Source of the DNA: a virus
DNA length: 64,000 nt
Virus record (IMG/VR): IMGVR_UViG_3300036985_001509
Location: 27,447 to 91,446 of that record
Direction: 5' to 3' (one strand)
Shown: positions 38,853-48,021 of the stretch, in pieces
Numbering within the stretch: position 1 is the first letter of the stretch
How the letters are laid out: each line of letters starts with the position of its first letter
Notes under the pieces: generated by a model
Told to the model about the DNA's origin: nothing
Databases searched by the model: none
The model's input: the letters and a program-made list of their open reading frames with translations, nothing else
Made by a program: the position numbers and the translations under genes

Positions 38853-39407
38853 ATGGGAGCGACAGCATTCACCGTAAGAAGCAGAGGCATGTCTGCTAAA
38901 GAAGCATATGAAAGAGCTGTAGAAGCAGCTGAATCAGAATATGGTCATCAAGAGGGATATTCTGGAGCTATTAATGCTACACCAGGATTCTCAGATGCTA
39001 CATCTAAGTATTTGGCTAGTAAGCTTCCTAGGTATAACTTCATAGAAGAGCGCCTAGATAAGCTAACTAAGTTCCAAGGTGCTGAATGCATTTGCATTCG
39101 AGAACCAAAGGGTAACAAGAATAAGATTAAGACACAAGTGGAGCATGTTACAGCTCCTGGCACAAAGAAGTGGGTACTTAAGTTTGTAGCAATGAGTAAT
39201 GCTAAAGGCACTATTGGTAGCTATCGTACAAAAGGAGAAGCTGTTGCTGCTGCGCGTAAATACACAGAGCAGTCTGGTAACTCTAGTTATGTAGAAATGC
39301 GTAAAGAACTAGAGAAAGGATCACCACTAACAGCTAAAATCACCTATAAAACATCAAAAGATGAATGTGAAGGAGAATGGGAGTTTTATGGTTGGGCCAG
39401 CTGCTAA
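38853..39407 (+). CDS. Hypothetical protein
   Basis: 184 aa ORF. Confidence 0.7.
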   Translation: MGATAFTVRSRGMSAKEAYERAVEAAESEYGHQEGYSGAINATPGFSDATSKYLASKLPRYNFIEERLDKLTKFQGAECICIREPKGNKNKIKTQVEHVTAPGTKKWVLKFVAMSNAKGTIGSYRTKGEAVAAARKYTEQSGNSSYVEMRKELEKGSPLTAKITYKTSKDECEGEWEFYGWASC

Positions 39408-39556
39408 TTTTTCTGAGGATTTTGAGAGGGAAGCGTTGAAAGATTGCGTATATTTGTATGAAGAGCAACAAAGAATAATGCAGGAGATTAATGAAGAAGA
39501 ATATAGACTGCCTGCAACAATTACGCTCTTAACACCCCTTCCTGAACCCACGAAAG

Positions 39557-40183
39557 ATGAATCTAAAGCTAACCCCTTACCATTTTGAAGAGCTGATCAA
39601 AAAGAGTTATTCTCTAGACCTTGTTTTCTTACTAAAGCTGATTGAAGAACAGTATGACATATCTGCCCTAACACAGGATAGCATGAAGATTGCTGCGCTT
39701 CATCAGACTTTAGTGAGAAAGGGGCTTATAACAGAGACAGAGGATAAACTTACAACAATCGGTCAAGAGCTCATCAAATTTGTTGACACAAAAGAATCTA
39801 AGAAGATTGTAAAGAAGAAGCCTGCCACCACAGAGTTTGAAGAGTGGTGGAAAGCATATCCAGGCACAGACACGTTTAAGCATGGTGGAAAGAGCTTTGT
39901 TGGTGCTAGGAGTTTGAGACAGAACAAGGACGAGTGCAGGCTTAAGTTTGATAAGATTCTTCTTGAGGGTGAATATACAGCTGGTGAGCTAATAGAGGCT
40001 CTTAAGTTTGATGTAGTCCAAAAGAAGGAGAATTCTGTGAAGACAGGCACTAATAGGCTTAGTTATATGCAGAACAGTCTCACCTATCTGAATCAACGCA
40101 GCTATGAACCATTTATTGAATTAATCAAAGAGGGCGCACATGTTCAACAGGCCCCTAAAATTGTAGGAGGAACAGACATATGA
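39557..40183 (+). CDS. Putative replisome organiser / replication initiator
   Basis: wHTH-like N-terminus, FEEWWKAYP motif, overlaps the dnaB start. Confidence 0.5.
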   Translation: MNLKLTPYHFEELIKKSYSLDLVFLLKLIEEQYDISALTQDSMKIAALHQTLVRKGLITETEDKLTTIGQELIKFVDTKESKKIVKKKPATTEFEEWWKAYPGTDTFKHGGKSFVGARSLRQNKDECRLKFDKILLEGEYTAGELIEALKFDVVQKKENSVKTGTNRLSYMQNSLTYLNQRSYEPFIELIKEGAHVQQAPKIVGGTDI

Positions 40184-41241
40184 GCTTTGAACAACTAAAA
40201 CAAGAAGTCCAGCTGGGCATAGAGGGTAGAAATAGTGGGATACCTATGGGCTTCGACAGGCTCAATAGATATATTGGTATCCGTAGAGGTATCTATTTTC
40301 TAGTGGGTGGTTTGACAGGCTCTGGTAAAACATCCTTCATAGATGATGCTTATGTTTTGAATCCTTTTGACTGGTATATCATGCAAAACGACCCAAAAAT
40401 CAAGTTACGCATCATATATCGTTCAATGGAACGCTCTCGCACCTATAAACTGGCTAAATGGGTGAGCAGGAAGATATTCCTAGACCATGGTATAATCATA
40501 CCTGTTAGCAGATTATTAGGTTGGAACGAGAAAATGACTCCAGATGAGCATGACCTGTTCTTAATGTATGAGGATTATATGCATCAAATGGATGATGTAA
40601 TCACCATCATCGATGGGCCAGAGAATGCTGTAGGTATTGCTAAAGAATTAAAGGCGCACGCCTTGAAATATGGGCGCATTGAACAGGTTGATGAGTATAA
40701 TAAGCGCTATTTCCCAAATAATGAGCGAGAAATCACTATTGTAATCATTGACCACATTGGTCTATTGAAGACCACCAAGGACCAACCTACAAAGAAAGAA
40801 GCTATTGACAAGATGAGTGATGAACTCAGATATGCTCGTGACTTCTATGGGTATACACCAGTTGTGGTGAGTCAGTTCAATAGGTCCATTTCTAACATTG
40901 TAAGGCTAAAGAATGGTGATGTAGAACCTCAGCTCGAGGATTTTGCAGAATCATCCAGTACACAGAACGATGCTGATGTGGTACTAGCCCTGTTTGATCC
41001 TATGCGCTATAAGGTAGCAGACCCTAGTGGGTATGACCTGGAAAAGCTAAAGGACCAGTTTGGCGCTAAGTATTTCAGAAGCTTAAGGCTCATAAAGAAT
41101 TCCTATGGGGAAGATGATGTTCGCATAGGGCTGGGCTTTATGGGTCAGATAGGTATGTTCAAAGAGCTGCCTAGACGCAAAGACATGACAGACGCTGATT
41201 ATGAAGCAGTATTGAACAAAACCTTTTTTCTAAACAAATAA
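40180..41241 (+). CDS. dnaB: DnaB-like replicative helicase
   Basis: GIPMGFDRLN, GGLTGSGKT, IIDHIGL, VVVSQFNR, NDADVV, IKNSYG. Confidence 0.9.
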   Translation: MSFEQLKQEVQLGIEGRNSGIPMGFDRLNRYIGIRRGIYFLVGGLTGSGKTSFIDDAYVLNPFDWYIMQNDPKIKLRIIYRSMERSRTYKLAKWVSRKIFLDHGIIIPVSRLLGWNEKMTPDEHDLFLMYEDYMHQMDDVITIIDGPENAVGIAKELKAHALKYGRIEQVDEYNKRYFPNNEREITIVIIDHIGLLKTTKDQPTKKEAIDKMSDELRYARDFYGYTPVVVSQFNRSISNIVRLKNGDVEPQLEDFAESSSTQNDADVVLALFDPMRYKVADPSGYDLEKLKDQFGAKYFRSLRLIKNSYGEDDVRIGLGFMGQIGMFKELPRRKDMTDADYEAVLNKTFFLNK

Positions 41242-41407
41242 CAAAACATGGAAACAAAACTATTTAGCACAGCTCCGCGTGCAAAAGATCCCTTTTGGCA
41301 GATTGTATTTCTGCCTACAGTTACAATGCTCAGGAACCGTGAGTTTAACGAATCGTACACTGTGCTAAGTGTGGAATGGTTATTCTGGTCCTTAACAATC
41401 ATCAAAC

Positions 41408-42505
41408 ATGACAGTTAGAGATGAACGTCAGAAAGAGTTTGCCAGAGCATGGATAGATAGCGGTAAGTTTGGTATTCTCAATCTGTGTCCCAGGTTTGGT
41501 AAAATCTTCACTACTATCAACATCCTTGAGGAGATAAAGCCTAAGAATGTGCTTATAGCCTACCCAGATAACAAGATTAAGGCATCCTGGAAGACAGACT
41601 TTGAGAAACGTGGATATGATGACAGTCATGTCACGTATACCACTCATCTGTCTCTCAAGAAACATCTAGAAGAATCGTTTGACCTAATAGTGATTGATGA
41701 GATACATCTGCTCTCAGAGGCTCAAATAGAAGTGGCTAGAGAGATGATAGATAAACACATGGAATTCAATCACATAGGAGGACATATACTGGGTTTGACA
41801 GGAACTATGACCACTTGGACAGAACGTACACTCTCAGAAGAGCTCGATCTGTCTGTTGTAGCCACATATTCAATAGACACAGCTATACAAGAAGGTGTAA
41901 TTGTGGATTATGAGATTACAGTAGTAAAGGTTCCTCTAGATATCAAACATCTGAACAATTACAAGGGTAAATGGCGCACTGAGAAAGCTCAGTTTGACGC
42001 CTATGGATGGGTGATAAACAGTCTCGAGGCACAGGGTAAATCCACCATGTTTCTTAGACTCGCAAGGATGCGTGTTATACAGAACTCTGTAGCTAAAATG
42101 GAAAAGACTAGAGAGCTACTCAAAAAGCATAAAGATGAACGAGTGTTAGTGTTCTGTGGTGTCACCAAGATAGCTGATCAACTGGGCATCCCATCCTATC
42201 ACAGTAAGAAAGATGAGAAGCAGAAGTTTGAGGACTTTGCTTCTGGTAAGGGTAAGCACATGGCTGTCGTAAAGATTGGTAACACAGGTGTGACTTATAA
42301 ACCTCTCAACCGTGTGATAATCAATTATTTTGACAGTAATGCAGAAAATCTTGCTCAGAAGATTAATAGATGTATGGCTATGGAATATAACAATCCTGAT
42401 AAGAGAGCCCAAATTTACATTGTATGTTCTGATGAGGATGTTGAAGCAAGGTGGCTCAAAAAAGCGCTAGAATTCTTTGATAAATCTAAAATTAAGTTTG
42501 TATGA
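41408..42505 (+). CDS. Superfamily 2 helicase
   Basis: CPRFGK (degenerate motif I), IVIDEIH, LGLTGT, RVLVFC. Confidence 0.8.
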   Translation: MTVRDERQKEFARAWIDSGKFGILNLCPRFGKIFTTINILEEIKPKNVLIAYPDNKIKASWKTDFEKRGYDDSHVTYTTHLSLKKHLEESFDLIVIDEIHLLSEAQIEVAREMIDKHMEFNHIGGHILGLTGTMTTWTERTLSEELDLSVVATYSIDTAIQEGVIVDYEITVVKVPLDIKHLNNYKGKWRTEKAQFDAYGWVINSLEAQGKSTMFLRLARMRVIQNSVAKMEKTRELLKKHKDERVLVFCGVTKIADQLGIPSYHSKKDEKQKFEDFASGKGKHMAVVKIGNTGVTYKPLNRVIINYFDSNAENLAQKINRCMAMEYNNPDKRAQIYIVCSDEDVEARWLKKALEFFDKSKIKFV

Positions 42506-42747
42506 CAGAAGACCACATTGCAAAACATATAGATGATGTCAAGTTATTAAACCGTCTCATTAAGATTAACATAAAGACAGTTGGTGACTTACTTGAGAAC
42601 CAAGATAAGATATTGAATACCAAAGGCATTGGTCAAAAGTCTTGCACTATTATAGATGAGTATTTAGGTACACATCTTTACAAGAAAAAACAAGAGCTTT
42701 TAGAGAGAAAAATTTGGTTGTCTCGAAGAAGTTTGCTATCTTTATAG
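42502..42747 (+). CDS. RNA polymerase alpha-CTD-like HhH protein
   Basis: NRLIKINIKTVGDLL...ILNTKGIGQKSCTII aligns with alpha-CTD NCLKAEAIHYIGDLV...LLKTPNLGKKSLTEI. Confidence 0.55.
   Translation: MTEDHIAKHIDDVKLLNRLIKINIKTVGDLLENQDKILNTKGIGQKSCTIIDEYLGTHLYKKKQELLERKIWLSRRSLLSL
42714..42745 (+). promoter_or_regulatory. Bacteroidota-type promoter
   Basis: TTTG-N20-TATCTTTA upstream of the AAA ATPase gene. Confidence 0.55.
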
Positions 42748-42777
42748 CTATTAAATCACAATAAACCCTTAAAGCAC

Positions 42778-43449
42778 ATGGCAAGTAAATTAATCGGAAT
42801 TGTAGGTCAAACAGGCACAGGAAAATCCACAGCTATTAAACACCTAGATCCAAAAGAAACGTACATTATTAACGTAGCAAAGAAAGAACTACCGTTCAAA
42901 GGCTCAGAGAAACTGTACAACGCAGAGAACAAAAATTACAAAGAGGTGGATGATGCAAATGAAATTACACGTTTGCTCAAGACCATTTCAGACAAAGCTC
43001 CTCACATTAAGAATATCGTTATTGAGGACAGCAATTACATTATGGGATTCAACATTGTATCTAAAGCTACAGAAGTTGGTTACACCAAGTTCAGCTTGAT
43101 GGCTAAAGATATGGTGGACCTATTCAGAGAATCCCGCAAACTTCGTGAAGACATTATAGTGTTCTATCTTACACACCCTGAAACTATTGAGGATGGTGGT
43201 GATATTGTAGGATATAAAATTAAGACCGCTGGTAAACTGATTGACAATCAGGTGTTGCTAGAGGGCTTGATGACTGTCTGTCTCTACACTTATGTAGAAG
43301 AGAATAAGGATGGCACAGCTAGCTACCATTTCATCACAAACAGGTTTAAGAAAATGCCTGCAAAGAGTCCAGATGGTATGTTTACAGAAATCAAAATCTC
43401 CAACAACTTACAGTTGGTGGTGGATACAATTAGAGAGTATTATTCATAA
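42778..43449 (+). CDS. AAA/P-loop ATPase (Sak4-like)
   Basis: GQTGTGKST, IVIEDSNY, PAKSPDGMF. Confidence 0.8.
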   Translation: MASKLIGIVGQTGTGKSTAIKHLDPKETYIINVAKKELPFKGSEKLYNAENKNYKEVDDANEITRLLKTISDKAPHIKNIVIEDSNYIMGFNIVSKATEVGYTKFSLMAKDMVDLFRESRKLREDIIVFYLTHPETIEDGGDIVGYKIKTAGKLIDNQVLLEGLMTVCLYTYVEENKDGTASYHFITNRFKKMPAKSPDGMFTEIKISNNLQLVVDTIREYYS

Positions 43450-43470
43450 ATCACAATTAAAACAAAGCAC

Positions 43471-44334
43471 ATGGCAATTCAAGGAGACAAAAGAGAAAGA
43501 CAAGCATTACCTGAGGTAAGTAAAAAGGTGGGGCTATTTGAAGCACGCGTGGTGGCTATCAACCCCACAGCAGAAGAGTTCAAAGAGGTGTTAAACATCG
43601 ATCTTCCAGAGGAAAGTAAAGCAACTGAGTATTTAGGTGAAAGTCGTGACAAGAACACTTTCCTTCGCATAGATTTCTGGCTGGAGGAAGTTAAGAAACA
43701 GGACAGGTTTAAGGTGACATTCTTCTTAGAAGATAAGGAGCGTGAGAACAGAGATGGTAGTAAAAAGCAGTACATCAACAATATTGGTACTACTACATGG
43801 GCTGTTGATGAAAATGAACTTCCTGACTGGTTTACCAAACGTGACTATCGCGTAGCAAAGGTGGGTGAGGAAGAACTTTACAACTTCATGCGCACATGGT
43901 TGGAGCTTGATTATTCTCAGCCTGGCGCAGATCTTTCATTAGAGTGGAAGAAGCTCATGAAAGGAAACGTTAAGGAACTGAAAGATCAGGTGAATGGTGC
44001 ATATTGTACTAATGTTGCAGCTCTTGCCACCGTTACAGTTAAACAAAAAGATGGTGAGAACAAAGAATATCAGAGCATTTACAATAAAGCATTCCTGCCT
44101 GCGTACTATCTGAAGAACTTCCGTTTGATTAACTATAGCGATCCTACAGTACAAAGTGCTCTGCGTACTAAGAAGCTTAAAGATCTTAGACCGCATGAAC
44201 GTTTTGTAGTGAACGTTACAGGAGAATATGGTTGTAAAGACTATTACACTCTGCGTGACTTACAGGAGTATAACCCAGATGACAATCTGGTGGCTTCTGA
44301 CAAGACACTCTCTGATGACGGTAGTGACTATTAA
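43471..44334 (+). CDS. Putative ssDNA-binding protein
   Basis: Follows the Sak4-like ATPase; OB-like VVAINP/RIDFWL; acidic C-tail ending DDGSDY. Confidence 0.5.
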   Translation: MAIQGDKRERQALPEVSKKVGLFEARVVAINPTAEEFKEVLNIDLPEESKATEYLGESRDKNTFLRIDFWLEEVKKQDRFKVTFFLEDKERENRDGSKKQYINNIGTTTWAVDENELPDWFTKRDYRVAKVGEEELYNFMRTWLELDYSQPGADLSLEWKKLMKGNVKELKDQVNGAYCTNVAALATVTVKQKDGENKEYQSIYNKAFLPAYYLKNFRLINYSDPTVQSALRTKKLKDLRPHERFVVNVTGEYGCKDYYTLRDLQEYNPDDNLVASDKTLSDDGSDY

Positions 44335-44350
44335 TTTCCATTCCCCTCAC

Positions 44351-44389
44351 AGCCCTCATCAGAGCAATCTGGTGGGGGCTTTATTTTTT
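44351..44389 (+). terminator. Rho-independent terminator
   Basis: AGCCCTCATCAG...CTGGTGGGGGCT followed by TTATTTTTT. Confidence 0.7.
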
Positions 44390-44394
44390 ATTCT

Positions 44395-44775
44395 ATGATA
44401 ACAATTCCTGTTAGTGTAGGTGAGCTTATTGACAAGTACACCATTCTACAAATCAAACGTTCCAAGGTGAGTGCTGATAAGCTTGAGAAAGTGGAGAAAG
44501 AAGCAAAACAATTGCTTCCTCTGGTTGGTAAGTTTATTGCCATAGATTCTATATCTAGGTTGTATGAAGACCTTATAGGAGTGAATCTGCAGCTTTGGAA
44601 TGTAGAAGATGAGATAAGAAAGCTTGAAAAGGACAAAGACTTTGGTGATAAGTTCATTGAACTTGCTAGAGCTGTCTATCATCTAAACGATGAACGCTTT
44701 GTTGTCAAGAATAAAATCAACATGCTCACAGATTCAGACATTCAAGAAGTTAAACAGTATATTGACTACAAATGA
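44395..44775 (+). CDS. DUF6165-like protein
   Basis: IPVSVGELIDKYTILQIK...LWNVEDEIR...FIELARAVYHLNDER...IQEVKQY. Confidence 0.65.
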   Translation: MITIPVSVGELIDKYTILQIKRSKVSADKLEKVEKEAKQLLPLVGKFIAIDSISRLYEDLIGVNLQLWNVEDEIRKLEKDKDFGDKFIELARAVYHLNDERFVVKNKINMLTDSDIQEVKQYIDYK

Positions 44776-45776
44776 TTACAGGAGAAAGAAAGGTGAGGCT
44801 CACTCCTCAGGCTATTCTTCAGAAGATCTCAGAGTATGACATATTCAGGTTTTACATGCCTGAAAAGGGTTGGAAAATCAACCAAGCTACATTCTCTCCG
44901 TTTAGGCAAGAGAATAATCCATCCTTTCTGATAGGTAACAAGAGGGGGTTTCTGTCTTTCATAGACTTTGCGGACACCAGCAGGCGTGGAGATTGCTTTA
45001 CATTTGTCAAGCTACTACACAACCTGTCCACTATGGATGATGTCCTAAGGATGATTGATAGAGACTTTGGACTAGGATTCTTACCAAACACAAGAACAGG
45101 AGATTACAAGCGCATTACAAAAGAATACAAACAGCCAGACGATATTGGCAAGCGCTACTCCCTGATTCAGGTGGTTACACGTAAGTTTACCCAAGAAGAA
45201 CTCTCCTATTGGAATGACTATCACCAGAGCCTGGATGACCTTAGGGCTAACAGTGTCTATGCTATTAAGAAGCTCTATCTGAACAAACAACTGTTTCCAC
45301 TAAAGGACACAGAGCTCAGATTTGGCTATTTCTATGATGGACATTGGAAGATCTATCGTCCGTTTGGAGATAAGAAAAGCAAATGGGTGCCTAATAATGT
45401 CCCCATCACAATGATGGATGGTAAAGAGGATATTTTCAACTGTAAGGTGGCCTTCATCAACAAGTCTAAAAAGGATTACATGGTGATGAAAAAGGTGTTC
45501 CCTTGCTGTTGTGCTGTCCAGAACGAAGGTGTGGGCTGTTTCTCTGATGAGAATGTAGAATACCTAAAAGCCAACTCTGACAGGCAGATTCTGAGCTTTG
45601 ATAGCGATGAGACTGGTGTACACAACTCTAAACAGATTACAGAACTGTTTGATTTTGAATACACTAACGTCCCACGTAAGTATCTATCTGAAGGAATCAA
45701 AGACTGGGCTGACCTAGTAAAAAACCATGGGTATGAACCCGTAGAAAACTATTTAAGACAAAAATCAATTTTATGA
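44772..45776 (+). CDS. DNA primase (DnaG/TOPRIM, crAss-like)
   Basis: SPFRQENNPSF, GDCFTFV, KSKKDYM, SFDSDETG, IKDWAD. Confidence 0.8.
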   Translation: MITGERKVRLTPQAILQKISEYDIFRFYMPEKGWKINQATFSPFRQENNPSFLIGNKRGFLSFIDFADTSRRGDCFTFVKLLHNLSTMDDVLRMIDRDFGLGFLPNTRTGDYKRITKEYKQPDDIGKRYSLIQVVTRKFTQEELSYWNDYHQSLDDLRANSVYAIKKLYLNKQLFPLKDTELRFGYFYDGHWKIYRPFGDKKSKWVPNNVPITMMDGKEDIFNCKVAFINKSKKDYMVMKKVFPCCCAVQNEGVGCFSDENVEYLKANSDRQILSFDSDETGVHNSKQITELFDFEYTNVPRKYLSEGIKDWADLVKNHGYEPVENYLRQKSIL

Positions 45777-46582
45777 AAATTGCAACTTACAATTCAACCA
45801 AGGACCTGCTCGTAAAAGCACAAGTTCCCCAACAAACAAAAACATATAAGCCTATCACCCATCATCAGCTTATTGATCTCACATTAAATTCCATCCAGTC
45901 AGCAGGCTTTACACTGGACAAAGAGTTGTATTCTAGTACACTAGATGGTCAAATAGCAAATGGTAAGTTTACCATCAGCAATGTAGGAGATACAGAAATG
46001 CAGCTCCAGATTGGCTGGCAGAATAGCTACAACAAGACCCTGAGCTTGAAGTTTGCCATTGGTGCACACATCTTTATTTGTCAGAATGGTGCTGTACATG
46101 GTGATATGGGCTCCTTCAAGAAGAAGCACAAGGGGAATGTTCAAGAGTTCACTCCTACAGCCATTACAGAATACATCAAACAGGCTGGTGAAACCTTTAG
46201 AACCATGCAAACAGAGCGTGATGCTATGAAACAAATCGAGGTGACAAAGCGTGTAAAAGCTGAGCTAATCGGTAGATTGCTTCTAGAGGAGCAATTGATC
46301 AGCACCATGCAGGTAAACCAGATTGCAGCTGAGCTCACTAATCCTACGTTTGATTATGGTGCTCCTGGTTCTATGTGGGAACTCTACCAGTTCACTACAC
46401 AGACCATGAAGGATACTCACCCCAGATTCTGGATTAACGACCACATGAAAGCCCACAACTTCTTTGTGAGCGAAAGTGGTATACTTGTTCCACCTGTAGC
46501 TGCAGCACAATCAATCATGGCCATGAGTGGTGACACACAAGAAGAAATAGAACAGTTTAGACAGTTACAAATGACATTTTAA
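45773..46582 (+). CDS. DUF932/DUF945-like protein
   Basis: QNSYNKTLSLKFAIGAHIFICQNG pattern. Confidence 0.6.
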   Translation: MKIATYNSTKDLLVKAQVPQQTKTYKPITHHQLIDLTLNSIQSAGFTLDKELYSSTLDGQIANGKFTISNVGDTEMQLQIGWQNSYNKTLSLKFAIGAHIFICQNGAVHGDMGSFKKKHKGNVQEFTPTAITEYIKQAGETFRTMQTERDAMKQIEVTKRVKAELIGRLLLEEQLISTMQVNQIAAELTNPTFDYGAPGSMWELYQFTTQTMKDTHPRFWINDHMKAHNFFVSESGILVPPVAAAQSIMAMSGDTQEEIEQFRQLQMTF

Positions 46583-46583
46583 T

Positions 46584-47303
46584 ATGAATTGGGAGAAATT
46601 TGAAGACCAGTTTGACGAGAGCTGGCACTACAAAATGAAGCCATTCATTGAGAGTGAAGCTTGTGATGCTATCTATGAGTTTCTCAAAAAGGAAGCAAAG
46701 AGGGGCAAGAAGATTGCCCCCCTTTCTCCTAACGTGTTTAGAGCGTTTAGAGAAACCAAGCTGTCAGACATCAAGGTGATTATGATAGGCATGTGCCCCT
46801 ATCACACCTTTAGAGATGGGAGTCCTATAGCTGACGGTTTGCTCATGGGCTGTTCTACAACAGGCTATCCACAACCATCATTGGACAAGTTCTATGATGC
46901 TTTGGAGAAAGAGCTCCACAATGGGCTTAACCTGAATAGAAGAAAGAACCCAGATGTTAGCTATTTAGCTAACCAGGGCGTGCTTATGCTTAACGCAGCT
47001 TTCACTGTAGAGGCTAATAAAGCAGGCTCACATAATGCCATTTGGGAACCATTCATGAAGTATTTACTTGAGAATGTGTTAGATACAACAGGCGCTCCAA
47101 TCATCTTCCTTGGGAAAGATGCAGCTAAATATGAGCGCTATGTAGCCCCTTTTACATGGACATTTACAGTTTCTCACCCCGCCAGTGCATCATACAAGAA
47201 TACAGACTGGGATACAGAGGGTGTGTTTAAGAAAGTGAGCCAGATAGTTAAACAAAACAACAATCTTGAAATCGATTGGCTGGATGTTCATCCACCATTC
47301 TAA
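46584..47303 (+). CDS. ung: Uracil-DNA glycosylase family 1-like protein (catalytic Asp replaced)
   Basis: VFRAF, KVIMIGMCPYH (canonical GQDPYH), LANQGVLMLN, GSH, SHPASAS. Confidence 0.8.
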   Translation: MNWEKFEDQFDESWHYKMKPFIESEACDAIYEFLKKEAKRGKKIAPLSPNVFRAFRETKLSDIKVIMIGMCPYHTFRDGSPIADGLLMGCSTTGYPQPSLDKFYDALEKELHNGLNLNRRKNPDVSYLANQGVLMLNAAFTVEANKAGSHNAIWEPFMKYLLENVLDTTGAPIIFLGKDAAKYERYVAPFTWTFTVSHPASASYKNTDWDTEGVFKKVSQIVKQNNNLEIDWLDVHPPF

Positions 47304-47313
47304 AATCTAAAAA

Positions 47314-47626
47314 CATGCAAATTGATGTATCACAACTCCAATTAGGAGATGAGTTCCTCTATGCTATAATGGGAAATATTGCTAGAGCTAAGGTGATTAG
47401 ACCTGTAGAAGTTAAAAAGGTGCAGCCTAATTATCAAACCCAGCCAGGAAAGGTGTTCTACAAATCAGTGAAGTGTAAGGTGGCTATGGAAGAAAGAACC
47501 TTCACCACAAGCTGGAACAATCGCACATATACCAAAAAAGAATACTGCGCATCAGACAACTACACTGTTGAGAAGTTTGTAGATCTCAATCACAGAAACG
47601 TTTGGTTAATTAAAAAAGAAGACTAA
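47314..47626 (+). CDS. Hypothetical protein
   Basis: Likely start at MQIDVSQL. Confidence 0.55.
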
Positions 47627-48021
47627 TGAAACCTTTAAAAGTTGGAGAAAACCTCACCTTGAACATGGGTGACTTTATTGTGATTGCCTCAGGTGGTCAA
47701 TTAGATTATGGGTGGTACTGTGGACAGGGTAGAGGTGGGTCCACCCTTCATTATTACAGTATATGGGCTCCTGGAAGTGCTTTAGAAGACTATGAAAAGT
47801 ATGAAAAAGGAGAACCAATACGATCATGGGTAGCTGAAAGATTTAAAAGGCAGAAAGGATTTAATTCTAAATGCTTTTACAAGAACTTTCTGAGTACCTA
47901 TTATGAAAGTAGAATATTGAAGCCAGCTAATCCAGACGATCTATTTACACATCCAGAGCAACTAGCAAAATACAACAAATCAAAAGAAGCACTAATCAGA
48001 ATTAAATTCCTACAACCATGA
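47626..48021 (+). CDS. Hypothetical protein
   Basis: Coupled ORF. Confidence 0.6.
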   Translation: MKPLKVGENLTLNMGDFIVIASGGQLDYGWYCGQGRGGSTLHYYSIWAPGSALEDYEKYEKGEPIRSWVAERFKRQKGFNSKCFYKNFLSTYYESRILKPANPDDLFTHPEQLAKYNKSKEALIRIKFLQP

